This document shows, piece by piece, positions 36,795 to 47,183 of a DNA stretch of 64,000 nucleotides. The translations under genes were made by a program, and so were the position numbers. Origin of the DNA: a virus; IMG/VR virus record IMGVR_UViG_3300023179_000011, positions 64,001-128,000 of that record. One strand, 5' to 3'. Below the pieces are notes generated by a model that was not told where the DNA came from, ran no database searches, and saw nothing but the letters and a program-made list of their open reading frames with translations. Within the stretch, counting starts at the first letter, position 1, and each line of letters begins with the position of its first letter.

Positions 36795-37277
36795 TTAACC
36801 TCCGGCCGCGCCGGCATCGATATGCGTCTGTACGTTGTCTTTGAAGAACGAAAACACGCTGACTTTCGCCTTACCGTGCCCGTTCAGGCGTCCGTGCATG
36901 AACGACATACACCGCGCGTAGCTTGCATGTCGCGTCCGCCACGCGCGCTCTTCTACCGCCATAAAGTCTGCCTGCCACTTCATCGCGATTAAATCGCCGG
37001 TTGTTCCGCCCTGCTTCTCTGGTCCGGCAAGCACAGAGTCCGAGTAAATCTGATTAATGTTGTTGCGGTCCCAGCTCGGAAAACTCATACCGGGAACGTC
37101 AAGCAGTTCTTTTGTTTTAATCTCGTCTGGTGTGTGCCAAGGGCGCCACTCCGTCATGTAGTTTTTGAAGACTTCAGCCATTTTCTTGGCGCGTTCTTCC
37201 AGCTGGTCGATACGGGCCTGAAACTTCCCGTCAACCTGCCCCTTTTTTGCGCCGAGGCCGGGTTTTTCTTCTGCCAT
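36795..37277 (-). CDS. Hypothetical protein
   Basis: 160-aa ORF with AAGGAG RBS. Confidence 0.75.
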   Translation of the reverse strand: MAEEKPGLGAKKGQVDGKFQARIDQLEERAKKMAEVFKNYMTEWRPWHTPDEIKTKELLDVPGMSFPSWDRNNINQIYSDSVLAGPEKQGGTTGDLIAMKWQADFMAVEERAWRTRHASYARCMSFMHGRLNGHGKAKVSVFSFFKDNVQTHIDAGAAGG

Positions 37278-37286
37278 GACCGCTCC

Positions 37287-38108
37287 TTAAAAATTGCCCT
37301 GCGTATATTGTTTATCGAGCATCGCTTGAATCTTGGCCGCGCGTTGACTTACCGCGCCCGGCGTGATATTTAATCGGCGCGCAATTTCTTGCGTGCTTGT
37401 TTTTCTTCGCCCATTTCGGCCGAGCGTCATATCTGCAATTAACTTGTCAACCGGGCCGAGATCTTCGTAAACAAAGTTAAACCAAGCGTCGGCTGATCGG
37501 TTACTGTTTGGAATCGTGCTGGCGACATCGCCGCCATAGCTTTCTTCGTCGGTGACTTCGCGCGTCGTCATACCCTCTGACACTGGCTGGTTAAACGCGC
37601 GTATTTTTTGAATGCGGCGTTTTGACAAACCGGTGTGATCGGCCAGTTCGTCGTCGGTAGGGTCGCGACCTAGCTGGTCGTATAGCTCCGATTCGCTCTC
37701 TGTTAGCCGGCCGTAATCAAGCCCGACTTGCTCAGGAATCGAAATGATGTTTTGCGCCTGTGCAGACATGCGGCGCAAACTCTGCAGCTGTGACAGCAGG
37801 TGCGTGCGCACATTGCCACGTTGCGGATCGTAGCTATCCAGCGCCTTGAGTGCCATAAGCCGCGCCTTAGATTTAATTGTCGGGCTGGCGTTTTGTCCGG
37901 CGTAGCTCATCACGGCCGTGTCAATAACCGGCTGAAGTGTTCCTAGCAGCGCCGTATTTGTTTCCGGCGTTTTAGTGTGCTGCCACTGAGCGTACGCGTT
38001 ATCAAAGTCGGTACTGACGCCGGTCGGCCTACGGGTCGAGAAGGGCGCCGGTACGTCGCCCAGAATAGACGGCATGCCCGCTGGCGTACTGGTTTTGTTA
38101 TCAGCCAT
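37287..38108 (-). CDS. Sigma70-family (FliA/sigma28-like) RNA polymerase sigma factor, probably late
   Basis: Region 2 ALKALDSYDPQRG..RTHL...L..LRR; region 3 LGRDPTDDELADHTGLS; region 4 HTH STQEIARRLNITPGAVSQR. Confidence 0.82.
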   Translation of the reverse strand: MADNKTSTPAGMPSILGDVPAPFSTRRPTGVSTDFDNAYAQWQHTKTPETNTALLGTLQPVIDTAVMSYAGQNASPTIKSKARLMALKALDSYDPQRGNVRTHLLSQLQSLRRMSAQAQNIISIPEQVGLDYGRLTESESELYDQLGRDPTDDELADHTGLSKRRIQKIRAFNQPVSEGMTTREVTDEESYGGDVASTIPNSNRSADAWFNFVYEDLGPVDKLIADMTLGRNGRRKTSTQEIARRLNITPGAVSQRAAKIQAMLDKQYTQGNF

Positions 38109-38120
38109 GATGCGCCGCCT

Positions 38121-39743
38121 TTAAATGTTACCTAATGGCCCGCCGGGCCACTTTGATTCTTCGCGATAAAGCGGCGGGTACGTTTGTGATATGTATTTTG
38201 TGTCTTCATCTTCTTCTTCAGTGCGCGTGTATGAGAGCGCAAAGGACGTTCCCGCCAGCGCCCGCTCAGCGTTGATCGCGTACGATACTTGTGTTACTGC
38301 GGCAATTATCGCGCCATCTGATTGAATTTCTGAGTCGGGCAGCTCAATTCTAACAATACTGCCCGGAGCAATATCAAACCGTAACTTGCCTGAGAGTTCT
38401 CCGTAACGTTGGCTCAAAAACTCGGTTTTGTAAAAGTGTTCTGCAAAACGTTCGCCGGCGCCATCGTAAATTTGTTGCGCTACGTCGGGCGCTAAATACC
38501 AATCCGGCGGCGGCGAGTCCTTGGCTTCGCCGCGGGCTAGACAATCACCGGGCGCAGGGCCTTTAATGCCGGTAGTGGGTCCCGTAAAAATTGGCCACGG
38601 CGCCATGCTAGCCAGCCACGACGGCAAATCTTTAAACAGCTTTAAACCCGCACGTTCTTCGTCAAAGTTTTCTGGCGGCGGGTACTGCCCGGCGGGGTTA
38701 GTAAAAAGGGCGGAGTTTTTTACCTTTCCGCCTATGCCGAGCATTGGATCCATCTGCCACGGCCAAAACGCAACTACGCTGTCAATCAATTGACTCATAG
38801 TTGCGTTAAAATTTGCATAACTGTAGTCGTCCGCTTTGATTACATATGTTTTATTTCCGTCGTGTTTTAATCCACCAAAAAACGGAATCACAGACGCGTG
38901 CTCGATTGCCGGCGACACGGCAAAGAAAAATTGCGGCGCATATTCGCCAACAAGTTTGCCCCAAAACGATGTATAAGCGAAAGACTCTAGCGCGTCTTTT
39001 GTGAGCGCTGAGCGCATCGCTAGTGTTATGTTGTTGCCTTCTAAGCCCGCTAAATTCAAACCTAGCGGCGGCGCGCCGGTTTTTCCTCCAGCTACAGCCA
39101 TTTTTTCAAGCGCTTTGAGCGCGGCGTCGTTTTTTCGTCCATTTGATAAGTCGTACGTGCATAGTGCTTCAAAAATAGGTTTAATCACTAGTGCCCATAA
39201 ATCATTGGCGATGTTGGCAATTTTGATAATATCCCCGTTAGCGTCGATGATTGGTACTGGAGATGTAGTTGTTCCTTCTTTTTGAAGCGACAAAAATGCG
39301 GCATTTGTCGCCATTAAAAAAGGAGCGTTTTGAAACCACTTGCCGTTGAGCGCCGACGAGTTGTTTAAATCGTCAAGCCAATGAATAAGCTGCAGCACAT
39401 AGTTAGCGCTATTATGGGAGCGCTGATACCCGATGCCGGCAACCATGCCTTCAAATATCAAAAACGTATCCGATTCCATCTTGTCTGTCTGGCCCGCCTC
39501 GGTAGATATATCGAGCCACACCTTAACGCGATCACGCGGTTTGATTTGTTTACGTAGCTTATGAATTGTAGCTTCGCGCGTGCCGCCCGATGCGGCGTCG
39601 TATCCGACGGCAACCGTGAGCGACGCAGTTGGAATACTGTTCAACCCAAACGTCGCGGAAATTGCGACAATGTCGTCAAACACGGTTCCTGCAATTTCTG
39701 CAGTTATTCGAAACTTCGAGTAGACGTACGGAGCCTTAGCCAT
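38121..39743 (-). CDS. Baseplate hub (gp27/gpD-like)
   Basis: ATFGLNSIPTASLTV...VKVWL...IFEGMVAG N-terminus; GKLRFDIAPGSIVRI...VTQVSY C-terminus. Confidence 0.65.
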   Translation of the reverse strand: MAKAPYVYSKFRITAEIAGTVFDDIVAISATFGLNSIPTASLTVAVGYDAASGGTREATIHKLRKQIKPRDRVKVWLDISTEAGQTDKMESDTFLIFEGMVAGIGYQRSHNSANYVLQLIHWLDDLNNSSALNGKWFQNAPFLMATNAAFLSLQKEGTTTSPVPIIDANGDIIKIANIANDLWALVIKPIFEALCTYDLSNGRKNDAALKALEKMAVAGGKTGAPPLGLNLAGLEGNNITLAMRSALTKDALESFAYTSFWGKLVGEYAPQFFFAVSPAIEHASVIPFFGGLKHDGNKTYVIKADDYSYANFNATMSQLIDSVVAFWPWQMDPMLGIGGKVKNSALFTNPAGQYPPPENFDEERAGLKLFKDLPSWLASMAPWPIFTGPTTGIKGPAPGDCLARGEAKDSPPPDWYLAPDVAQQIYDGAGERFAEHFYKTEFLSQRYGELSGKLRFDIAPGSIVRIELPDSEIQSDGAIIAAVTQVSYAINAERALAGTSFALSYTRTEEEDEDTKYISQTYPPLYREESKWPGGPLGNI

Positions 39744-40629
39744 TTGTATGCCTTCTTACGCTTTCCATACGGTAAATAAACGCCAGCACTAACCCGGCAA
39801 GTCGGTATGCCGGGAGCGGATGATCAAACCACAGATTTTTGAATGTCGCATATGGTTGCGCGTCGTCAAGGCCAAACAGCTCAATAAACACAGGCTCGCC
39901 GATCAGCTCCAGTGTCGGAAGCAGCGTTGTGATCGCGGGCGCCGGGTTGGCGTTTAAAGCGATGTACCAACGACCATTAAATGTTGTTGGATCTGTCGTC
40001 AACCGCTCTAGCCTTAATTTGATATCTGTTTCCGGTAGGGTAATGACGGGCAGCTCGCCAGCCGACCGTTCTCGTGTGCGGGGTGCGGGGTCGTATACGG
40101 TTTGCGTCGTTAAAAACACCTCAGCGTCTGGATCAAGTTCTTTGAGCAGCACACCGCGATTGTTTTCTAGCGTTAAAAAATCGTCTTCTTCCGTCTCCAG
40201 TGGTTCGGGCGGGGCTGGATACAAACCCATTGTGTACTGGCGGTTTGCGCGCCCTGTGCTGTTGCTAGCAATAAACTCACCACCAATTGCAACACTTCTC
40301 GTCGCACCGGCCATTTGCGTGACGCGTAACGACGGCTGATATTTAAACTCGTTTTCTGCGGGTTCTGGCCAATACGTCACGCGGTTGTCGAGTTTATACA
40401 AATATTCGACCGCGGGGGTTTGATGAATATAGCTGAGTAGTTCTCGTGCGCGCAGATTCAAAAACCGCTGATCTGGGCTGCTGCCAAACAATACGCGGCG
40501 CACCGTGCTCAGTACGGTCGGCAGCACCAGCGGCCGAAACGTTGGCGGAATGTACTCATATCCTGCCTGTTGTTTCTGCGCGCTTTGCGCCCAGATGTTT
40601 AAAAGTAGTGTTCGGCCGTGATTGATCAT
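39736..40629 (-). CDS. Hypothetical tail/baseplate protein
   Basis: Start re-called to MINHGRTLLLN; lies within the baseplate operon. Confidence 0.6.
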   Translation of the reverse strand: MINHGRTLLLNIWAQSAQKQQAGYEYIPPTFRPLVLPTVLSTVRRVLFGSSPDQRFLNLRARELLSYIHQTPAVEYLYKLDNRVTYWPEPAENEFKYQPSLRVTQMAGATRSVAIGGEFIASNSTGRANRQYTMGLYPAPPEPLETEEDDFLTLENNRGVLLKELDPDAEVFLTTQTVYDPAPRTRERSAGELPVITLPETDIKLRLERLTTDPTTFNGRWYIALNANPAPAITTLLPTLELIGEPVFIELFGLDDAQPYATFKNLWFDHPLPAYRLAGLVLAFIYRMESVRRHTNG

Positions 40630-40630
40630 G

Positions 40631-41095
40631 TTAATTTTTTGGCACAATGTTGAAACGGAGCGACCACTGGCCAACCAGTGTCTGCGGGTCCTGCAACTCT
40701 AAACGCATGCCAGTTAGAAACGCCCAAAACGTAGAGTTCGCGCAGTCACCAATTGTGACGGACATTTTGCCGTTTTTTTTGATTCGATTTTTTTGATAGA
40801 AGTCATAGACGTTACAGAGTTTTGCACTGTTAGCCCCGGGACACGGTTTTACAAAACCGAAGCCAGATACGGTTAGCTCGCCGACGCGGTCACCAAACGC
40901 GTACACGTAAATGAAATCATTGACCGTGTGAAGGAATTGATAATTACCGTTCAGTTCCAACGCGAAACCGCTGGTCGGCGCAGTTAACTGGCCGCCATTT
41001 ACATCGTTAAATTTGATTTTGAATACATCACCGGTGCAATTCTTGGGCTTGATAATTGCCACTGCCCCGGCGCATGGAGTAAAAGCTACTGGCAT
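40631..41095 (-). CDS. Tube-fold tail initiator-like protein
   Basis: Immediately after the tape measure; FIYVYAFGDRVGELTVSG resembles the tube motif YYVGNRRQGQCQM. Confidence 0.5.
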   Translation of the reverse strand: MPVAFTPCAGAVAIIKPKNCTGDVFKIKFNDVNGGQLTAPTSGFALELNGNYQFLHTVNDFIYVYAFGDRVGELTVSGFGFVKPCPGANSAKLCNVYDFYQKNRIKKNGKMSVTIGDCANSTFWAFLTGMRLELQDPQTLVGQWSLRFNIVPKN

Positions 41096-41098
41096 GTG

Positions 41099-44000
41099 TT
41101 ACTTTCCGTAGTTTGCGCCGGTACCGCCAGCCATGTCGACCGACGGCCCGTTATCTGGTGTATCTTCCATGCGATAACCGGTGGCAGCCAGCACGGCCTC
41201 TGAAAGTCCGTGCAGCGTCAACGTGCCGTTCACATTCATATCGCCGCCGCCGCCACCCGCGCCGCGCGCCGCTTTCGCGGAATCGTATTGCGCAATCGTG
41301 TCGCTGAGGTAGTTGTACCGGGCTTGGTCTTTGTCATCATCAAAATAGTCGCCGCCGCCGCGGATCCACCAGTGTTTTTTCTTTTTCTTTTCTAGCTCTT
41401 TGAGGCGGCCGCGCGCGGACTGAATCGGGTTTGGGCCGGCTTGCATGTCCAACAATGCCTGCTCAGCCACTAATCGCATGTGTGGTTTTTCAACAACTTG
41501 TTGCACAGATCCGTCTGCGCCAGTAATGTTTACTTTTTTCGCACCGCCACGATTGTTAAATTCTCTTTTTTCTTCTTCCGTGCCGTATCGTTCTACGTCG
41601 TGCGCGGCGTCTTTTTCGGTGTAGTTTGGGTTGTATGGAAAAAATACGCGCTCGGAAACATCTTGATTTCCGCCCGCATACGTCCATTCACTCTCGCCGC
41701 GAATTCGGCGCAGTGATAAAGACGTTCCCGGCATCTCACCCATTTTGTTAAACGGATCGTGTACGGTCAGTTTGTTTCCTATGCGAACGTTGTGTCGCAA
41801 CTTGCTTTGTCGGTCTGTAAGATCGTCATATCGCGCCTTGTCCTCGGCCGAATACTTCCACCGCCCCTGTTTTTTATTGCGGTCCGCGAGCGCGGCAAGC
41901 TCGGCATCAATTTGTGCAAGTTCGGTGTCGCGACTAACGGTGCGCGTAACTCCGGGCGGCGGGGCGTCAGATGCCGGCGCGTGCCCGTCGCGATTTAGCT
42001 GCTGTACCTGCTCTGGTGTAATGTTTTGCGACGAAACTCCCGCGCCTGTTTTACTTTCAGAAATGGCGGCATGAATTCGGCGCATGTTTGCAAGATCGTC
42101 GTCGGTCAGCTCTTTCATTTTTTTGACAAGCTCGGGCGGCGCGGACAGCGCTGTTTTAAACTGATCCATTGCGGTTTTTTGCGCTGCCGGATCCATTTTG
42201 TTGAAAAGTTTTACCGCGTCTGCCGCCGGCAGCGTTAGCAGTTGTTGTCTTTTTTCTTTGTCAGCAAACGCGGTCGCAAACGCTGCGCCCGTCGGATCTT
42301 TACCTACTTCGTCTAATACCGCTTGCTGGTCTGCGGTAACTTTTTCAGTGGCAGAGGCGACACCTTGTCCGTGGGCGCGTTTTGCTTCTTCAGCTATTTT
42401 TAACGCACTGTTTGTTCGGCGCACGATAGCGTCTTTGTCGCTACCTAGAACAGCCGTTAACTGTTTACGCGCTTCCGCCTTGGCTGTCTCTGGATCCATA
42501 CCCTCCATAACAAATTGATCGGTCAACTGCTGCGTCATACGACTTGTCATTATCAGCGCGCGATCTTCATCGGATTTTCCAAGCGTATCGTCCATGTTTA
42601 CGGCGACGTTTGACATGGCGAGGCTGATCTGCCGCAACCGCTTTTTGCGGTGTGTGTCAAACTGCGAGTCAGACATACCTTTTGGGCGCAATTTTTCGTA
42701 CTCGGCTTTGTCGTAATTCTTTTCGAGCGTGTCGTAAATGCTTTTGCCGACGTCAGCGGAAATACGATTTGAAGTTGCGGTTCCACGTTTTTGCGCTTTG
42801 GCGACATCAACCGGTGTCTGCTCTAAACCAGCGCCAGCCAGTCCGCCAATATCGCGCGCAACGCGCAACCCCTGTCTGTGCGCGCGAACTTCTTGTTTTT
42901 GCTCATCAGACAACGCGCCAAAACCGAAAAAGTTTCCAGCCATTTGTTTTTCGAGTGTTTCGGCGTCATCTGCCAGCATCGTTGTTGCAAATTTTTCAAT
43001 TTGTTCTGTTGTTGCTTTTTCGCCAAGAACTTTTTTTGCGGTAGCTCTAGCGGCCGCCATTACGTCTTCAGCTTTACCTGTGTTGTAACCGCGTATGATT
43101 ATGGAGGCGAGATCGCGCTGCCGCTGATTTTTTGCTTTTTCTGCGTCTGTGCTACCGGCGGCGGTATCTGCTGACTCCATCTTGGCCGCGCCGCGTAACT
43201 GCCCCAACTCGTCAGCCGTTAGTTTCTTGCCGGGATCGACGCCGGCCATAATTTTGAGTTGCTTGGCTTCGTTTCCGTCCGGGTTCTTTTGCGCCGCGTC
43301 AGCCAAAGTATCGATTTGTTTTTCAGTAACGCTTGCCTGCGTATACATACGCGCTGCCGCTACAAGCCCTTCTTGCATGTCGGGCGCGTAGCTCTGCAGC
43401 AGCGAATCTTCAGACGCGATTGCAAATAGGCGTTTGAGCGAGCCTTCTTGTATGCCGGCATTTTCGCTGGCTAGGTTTTCTAGTTCGTCGCCAAATCGTT
43501 GTGCAATCTTAGATTCGGTTCCGGCGCCGGCTATTTTAAATCGCGCAGCGCGGCGCTTGTTCATTTCTTCTTTTACGGCCGAGTCGGTAAGCATTTTTTT
43601 ATCATAGGATTGCCGCAATGCTGCTGAAGACACTCCCGTTATATCTTGCGCGTCTGTATCTATTTCTGAGATCGCTGTCAGCAGCCGTTCTTGCCTCTCC
43701 GCAGGTGTTTGGCCGTAAATTGCATTAAAAAATTGTTCTGCTTGGCGCTCAGCGTCTTTTTGTGCCATGCTGCCGCCGGGTTTGCTGGTAAAAACTTTGG
43801 TCAATTCTTCTTTTCCGCGCCGCTCCATTGTTTTAATACGTTCTTCCTGCGTCATGTCGGCCGTTTCTTCTAATAATATGCCCGTCATTTTATTTGCAAA
43901 ACTACCAGACAACCCACTGCGCAATTCCCGAAACTTCTCATCTGACATGCCAGCTGGCTTGAGGTTACGCACCGCTGCGCTGCGCAAACGTTCGCCGATT

Positions 44001-45772
44001 TTGAATTCTTGTCGTTGCGAAATATCTCGCTGTATTTCGTAGGGTTGTCCTTTGTAAGCGTATCCGGCATTCATGTACTCTTCAGTTCCAATGCGATCGG
44101 TCATATAAGCTGTAAATAACTGCTCGCTAGCGCCGCTTTCGCGCGCTAATGCGTACAACCCTTTTACGCCCTGACGGCCCGCCAACTCAGCTAAGTTAAA
44201 CGTTTGTCCTTTGTACTCGTATTTGTCTTTTCCGCGGCGATACGCTGCCACAGCCGCGGCAAGTTGCGTGTTTTGATATTTATCCGGACTTTCTGATACG
44301 AGTCTGTTAAGTGCCGCAAGTGCGCGACCGCCAGCAGACGCGTCCCCGCGGGTAGACATAGCCGACATGCGGGCTTCAGCTTCGGCGCGGTTTAGCTTGC
44401 CAAAACCGGGCTTGTCAAACACGCCGGCGTCAGCCATGGCTTGCCCGCGCAATAGATCGCCGGCAAGTCCTTTTTCAGCTGTAACTTCCTGCAACCCCAT
44501 ACCGCGGGCCATGGCCTTCTTTTCGGCAGCGATGGCGTTCAAGTTTTGCAGGTCGGTATTTGTGTCGCGAGCGGCTAATCGAATTTCGCGCACGAGCGAT
44601 TCAACTTTGCCGCCGCTCATACTAGTTTGAGCGCCGTTTGTTAAATGTTGCAAATTAGCAATAAGTTGCTGAATCGGGGCATTTGGATTGCCGTTGTCGC
44701 CAAAAATTTCTCTAATCGCAGACACGGCGCCGTTGTATTCTTTAACGGCGCGCGATACGTTTTTTGCGTCCAGCGCGTTCGCCGCCAGCCCAAAGCCGCT
44801 TAGCTGTTCGATTTCTTCCGCGGACTTAGCCCGCGGATCTTTAGCTTGAAATTTGTCTACTTCGCCCAGCGTGGCGTCTAACCGTTTTCGAAATGCTGGT
44901 AACTTATCCGCCAGCATGATTTTTTGTTCTTCTTCGCTGGCGGACGCGTAAGCGGCGTCACGCGACATCAACTCCGAGTGCCCAAACTGTCTCGACAACT
45001 CGTTCATTGTTTTGTCGTCGCGCTTAGTGCGGCTGATCGCTTTGACACGATCCGCGGCTGACAGCGCACCAATGCTCTGCGGTAGGCGACCCTGCTGGAA
45101 CAGAGTCTCCATCATCTCGCCGCTAGCCACCGCCCCGAACCCGTGCATTTCCGCAAGATTGGCATCTTCACCGTACAGATTTTGATATACATTCTGCGAG
45201 AACTGCTTTAACGAGTCTGATGACATGCGCGGCCCTTGGCCGGCCGCGTCCGGTCTAAAAAACCCGATACGGTTGGTGGCCGCAGCGATCGCCGTCGGGT
45301 CGCCCCGGCGGCCGAACATAATGCCTTCAAGGTTCTCGGCGCCGATCTGCGACGCGGCAAACTGTTTAAATATTGGGTTGTTTAATACGCGAGCGCCGAT
45401 ATTTGCATGCTCGCGGTCTAGGTCTGTTACGGGTTGCCCGCCGTTAACAAGACGCTGCGCGCCAATTAACTTTTGCGCCACCTGCGAATTGCCGGCCATG
45501 TTCGCGGCTTCAATTGCCGCGACACCGTGACGCTGATAACGAGCGGCCGTGAACTGGTCCAGAAGGGCCTGCCCGGGCGCCTGATGCGCCAAAAACGCGT
45601 CCGGCCCGAACATGCTTTTTACCAGTCCGGGGGCGTACATGTTGGCCATATAGCCAAACGCGTCGTCTACGTGGGCGGCGTTTTGAAACGGAGAGTATAC
45701 GGGCGGAGCGTATGGGTTACCCGTATAATTTTGCGTAAAGCCAGCGGCGTTTTGTGTGTGATATTGAGCCAT
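41099..45772 (-). CDS. Tape measure protein
   Basis: 1557 aa, Ala/Gly/Gln-rich and helical, located after two chaperone-like ORFs and before the hub genes. Confidence 0.8.
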   Translation of the reverse strand: MAQYHTQNAAGFTQNYTGNPYAPPVYSPFQNAAHVDDAFGYMANMYAPGLVKSMFGPDAFLAHQAPGQALLDQFTAARYQRHGVAAIEAANMAGNSQVAQKLIGAQRLVNGGQPVTDLDREHANIGARVLNNPIFKQFAASQIGAENLEGIMFGRRGDPTAIAAATNRIGFFRPDAAGQGPRMSSDSLKQFSQNVYQNLYGEDANLAEMHGFGAVASGEMMETLFQQGRLPQSIGALSAADRVKAISRTKRDDKTMNELSRQFGHSELMSRDAAYASASEEEQKIMLADKLPAFRKRLDATLGEVDKFQAKDPRAKSAEEIEQLSGFGLAANALDAKNVSRAVKEYNGAVSAIREIFGDNGNPNAPIQQLIANLQHLTNGAQTSMSGGKVESLVREIRLAARDTNTDLQNLNAIAAEKKAMARGMGLQEVTAEKGLAGDLLRGQAMADAGVFDKPGFGKLNRAEAEARMSAMSTRGDASAGGRALAALNRLVSESPDKYQNTQLAAAVAAYRRGKDKYEYKGQTFNLAELAGRQGVKGLYALARESGASEQLFTAYMTDRIGTEEYMNAGYAYKGQPYEIQRDISQRQEFKIGERLRSAAVRNLKPAGMSDEKFRELRSGLSGSFANKMTGILLEETADMTQEERIKTMERRGKEELTKVFTSKPGGSMAQKDAERQAEQFFNAIYGQTPAERQERLLTAISEIDTDAQDITGVSSAALRQSYDKKMLTDSAVKEEMNKRRAARFKIAGAGTESKIAQRFGDELENLASENAGIQEGSLKRLFAIASEDSLLQSYAPDMQEGLVAAARMYTQASVTEKQIDTLADAAQKNPDGNEAKQLKIMAGVDPGKKLTADELGQLRGAAKMESADTAAGSTDAEKAKNQRQRDLASIIIRGYNTGKAEDVMAAARATAKKVLGEKATTEQIEKFATTMLADDAETLEKQMAGNFFGFGALSDEQKQEVRAHRQGLRVARDIGGLAGAGLEQTPVDVAKAQKRGTATSNRISADVGKSIYDTLEKNYDKAEYEKLRPKGMSDSQFDTHRKKRLRQISLAMSNVAVNMDDTLGKSDEDRALIMTSRMTQQLTDQFVMEGMDPETAKAEARKQLTAVLGSDKDAIVRRTNSALKIAEEAKRAHGQGVASATEKVTADQQAVLDEVGKDPTGAAFATAFADKEKRQQLLTLPAADAVKLFNKMDPAAQKTAMDQFKTALSAPPELVKKMKELTDDDLANMRRIHAAISESKTGAGVSSQNITPEQVQQLNRDGHAPASDAPPPGVTRTVSRDTELAQIDAELAALADRNKKQGRWKYSAEDKARYDDLTDRQSKLRHNVRIGNKLTVHDPFNKMGEMPGTSLSLRRIRGESEWTYAGGNQDVSERVFFPYNPNYTEKDAAHDVERYGTEEEKREFNNRGGAKKVNITGADGSVQQVVEKPHMRLVAEQALLDMQAGPNPIQSARGRLKELEKKKKKHWWIRGGGDYFDDDKDQARYNYLSDTIAQYDSAKAARGAGGGGGDMNVNGTLTLHGLSEAVLAATGYRMEDTPDNGPSVDMAGGTGANYGK

Positions 45773-45781
45773 ACGCCACCG

Positions 45782-46192
45782 TTATTTTCCGCCATTCAGT
45801 TCTTTGTATCGTTCAATAAGTTCCTGCGCTGATTTATCAGCTATTATAGCTTTTTTAGGGCTCGCTTTTGGTGTGTCTTTTGCTGCGTCTTTCTGCTCTT
45901 CTTTTGTATGATCCCACGGAAAAAGCGCAGTTTGAATATTTTCTAACAGTTCGATTGCTCTCGTTTTGGCGTTACCAAAACTCTCTTCGGTCAGGCTGCC
46001 GTGCGCGACAAGAGCGAGCCAGTGCCTGTGAGCTGCTTGCATGAGTTCATAATTTTCTCGTCGCGCCATTTCTGTAAGCGTTAACAGGTGCTTTATTCGC
46101 CATTGTCTATTTTTGGGATCGGCACCGGTGTAATCAATCACACCGGAAACGGCAGCCCGCACCATAAAGGCCGCTACCCGATCCCGTTCCAA
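45782..46192 (-). CDS. Tail assembly chaperone, T-like (possible frameshift extension)
   Basis: Overlaps the previous ORF by 19 nt in the -1 frame; directly upstream of the TMP. Confidence 0.55.
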   Translation of the reverse strand: MERDRVAAFMVRAAVSGVIDYTGADPKNRQWRIKHLLTLTEMARRENYELMQAAHRHWLALVAHGSLTEESFGNAKTRAIELLENIQTALFPWDHTKEEQKDAAKDTPKASPKKAIIADKSAQELIERYKELNGGK

Positions 46193-47169
46193 AAACTTGG
46201 TTCAAGCGCCATAGCTTCCATCGCTTCAACCAGCCGCTGAAACTTGCGCAAGTGCGTAGCAGCCAAACGCCGCGTTACTTCGTGCGAGAGTGCTTTGCTG
46301 TGCACAAACTCGCGCGCACCCGGGAGCGCGGTATGGTTAGGTTTATCTGGGTTTGCGACGACTTTGAACTCTTTTAGCTCAGGCACGATTACGAGCGGCT
46401 TTCCGTTGGCGTCGTAGACCGCGGCGAGCGAGCAGGCCATGCGGTATTCGAACATCCGTAGAAACCACTCGGCTTCTGACAGGATCAGGCCGTCATTCTG
46501 ATCAAGCAACAACTGACGCTGCACATCGAAATTCTCGTCAGCCAGCATGCTGCGGAATTCCAACACAATCTTGCCGCCCATTAACTCAAACTTACGTGTA
46601 AACCGCGAGCCGCCCAAAATCGTAACGAGAAAGTCTTCTTTATCACGATCCGTCACTTCAACGTCGAACTTCTGCTGCATATCCCAACCGCAGCGCGGGC
46701 AAAACGGCAGAATAGCCATCGGCGGCACGATGTTCTCTTCTGGCGCTGCTGGCGCTTCGGTCTCTGCCGTCTCTGGCGTGGCCGTGTCTGCTGCCGGGAC
46801 AGCGTCTTCTGCTGCCGGCGCCTCTCTGTCGTCGATGATTTCAGTGTCAGTGTTCTGAAGCTGCGCATACATCTCACGCACGCTGTCGGGCATGTTTTCT
46901 GTCTCTTCTTCAAACTGTTCTTTCTGCGCTTTTTTCTTAGCTACTTCTTTGGCCTCGCGCAGCATGGTTTTGATATTTTCAACGTCTTCTTCTTTCATCG
47001 CGTCTTTGTCAATAAGGACGTCGACACGCGAAGACGGCGGCAGCGTGTCTTTAATTCGCAGCATAAGCGGCCCAAGCTCGGCTGGAATTGGATCGTCTTT
47101 ACGCCAACCAAACTGCTCTAGCGTTTTCTTTGTGAAATCGGACACGTAAACGTTTTCAACCAGTTCCAT
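46174..47169 (-). CDS. Tail assembly chaperone, G-like
   Basis: AAGGAG RBS; acidic/Ala linker, CPRC, and a C-terminal RFTRKFEL.GGK...FR.M chaperone-like domain. Confidence 0.6.
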   Translation of the reverse strand: MELVENVYVSDFTKKTLEQFGWRKDDPIPAELGPLMLRIKDTLPPSSRVDVLIDKDAMKEEDVENIKTMLREAKEVAKKKAQKEQFEEETENMPDSVREMYAQLQNTDTEIIDDREAPAAEDAVPAADTATPETAETEAPAAPEENIVPPMAILPFCPRCGWDMQQKFDVEVTDRDKEDFLVTILGGSRFTRKFELMGGKIVLEFRSMLADENFDVQRQLLLDQNDGLILSEAEWFLRMFEYRMACSLAAVYDANGKPLVIVPELKEFKVVANPDKPNHTALPGAREFVHSKALSHEVTRRLAATHLRKFQRLVEAMEAMALEPSFWNGIG

Positions 47170-47183
47170 GGTTATCTCCTTCG

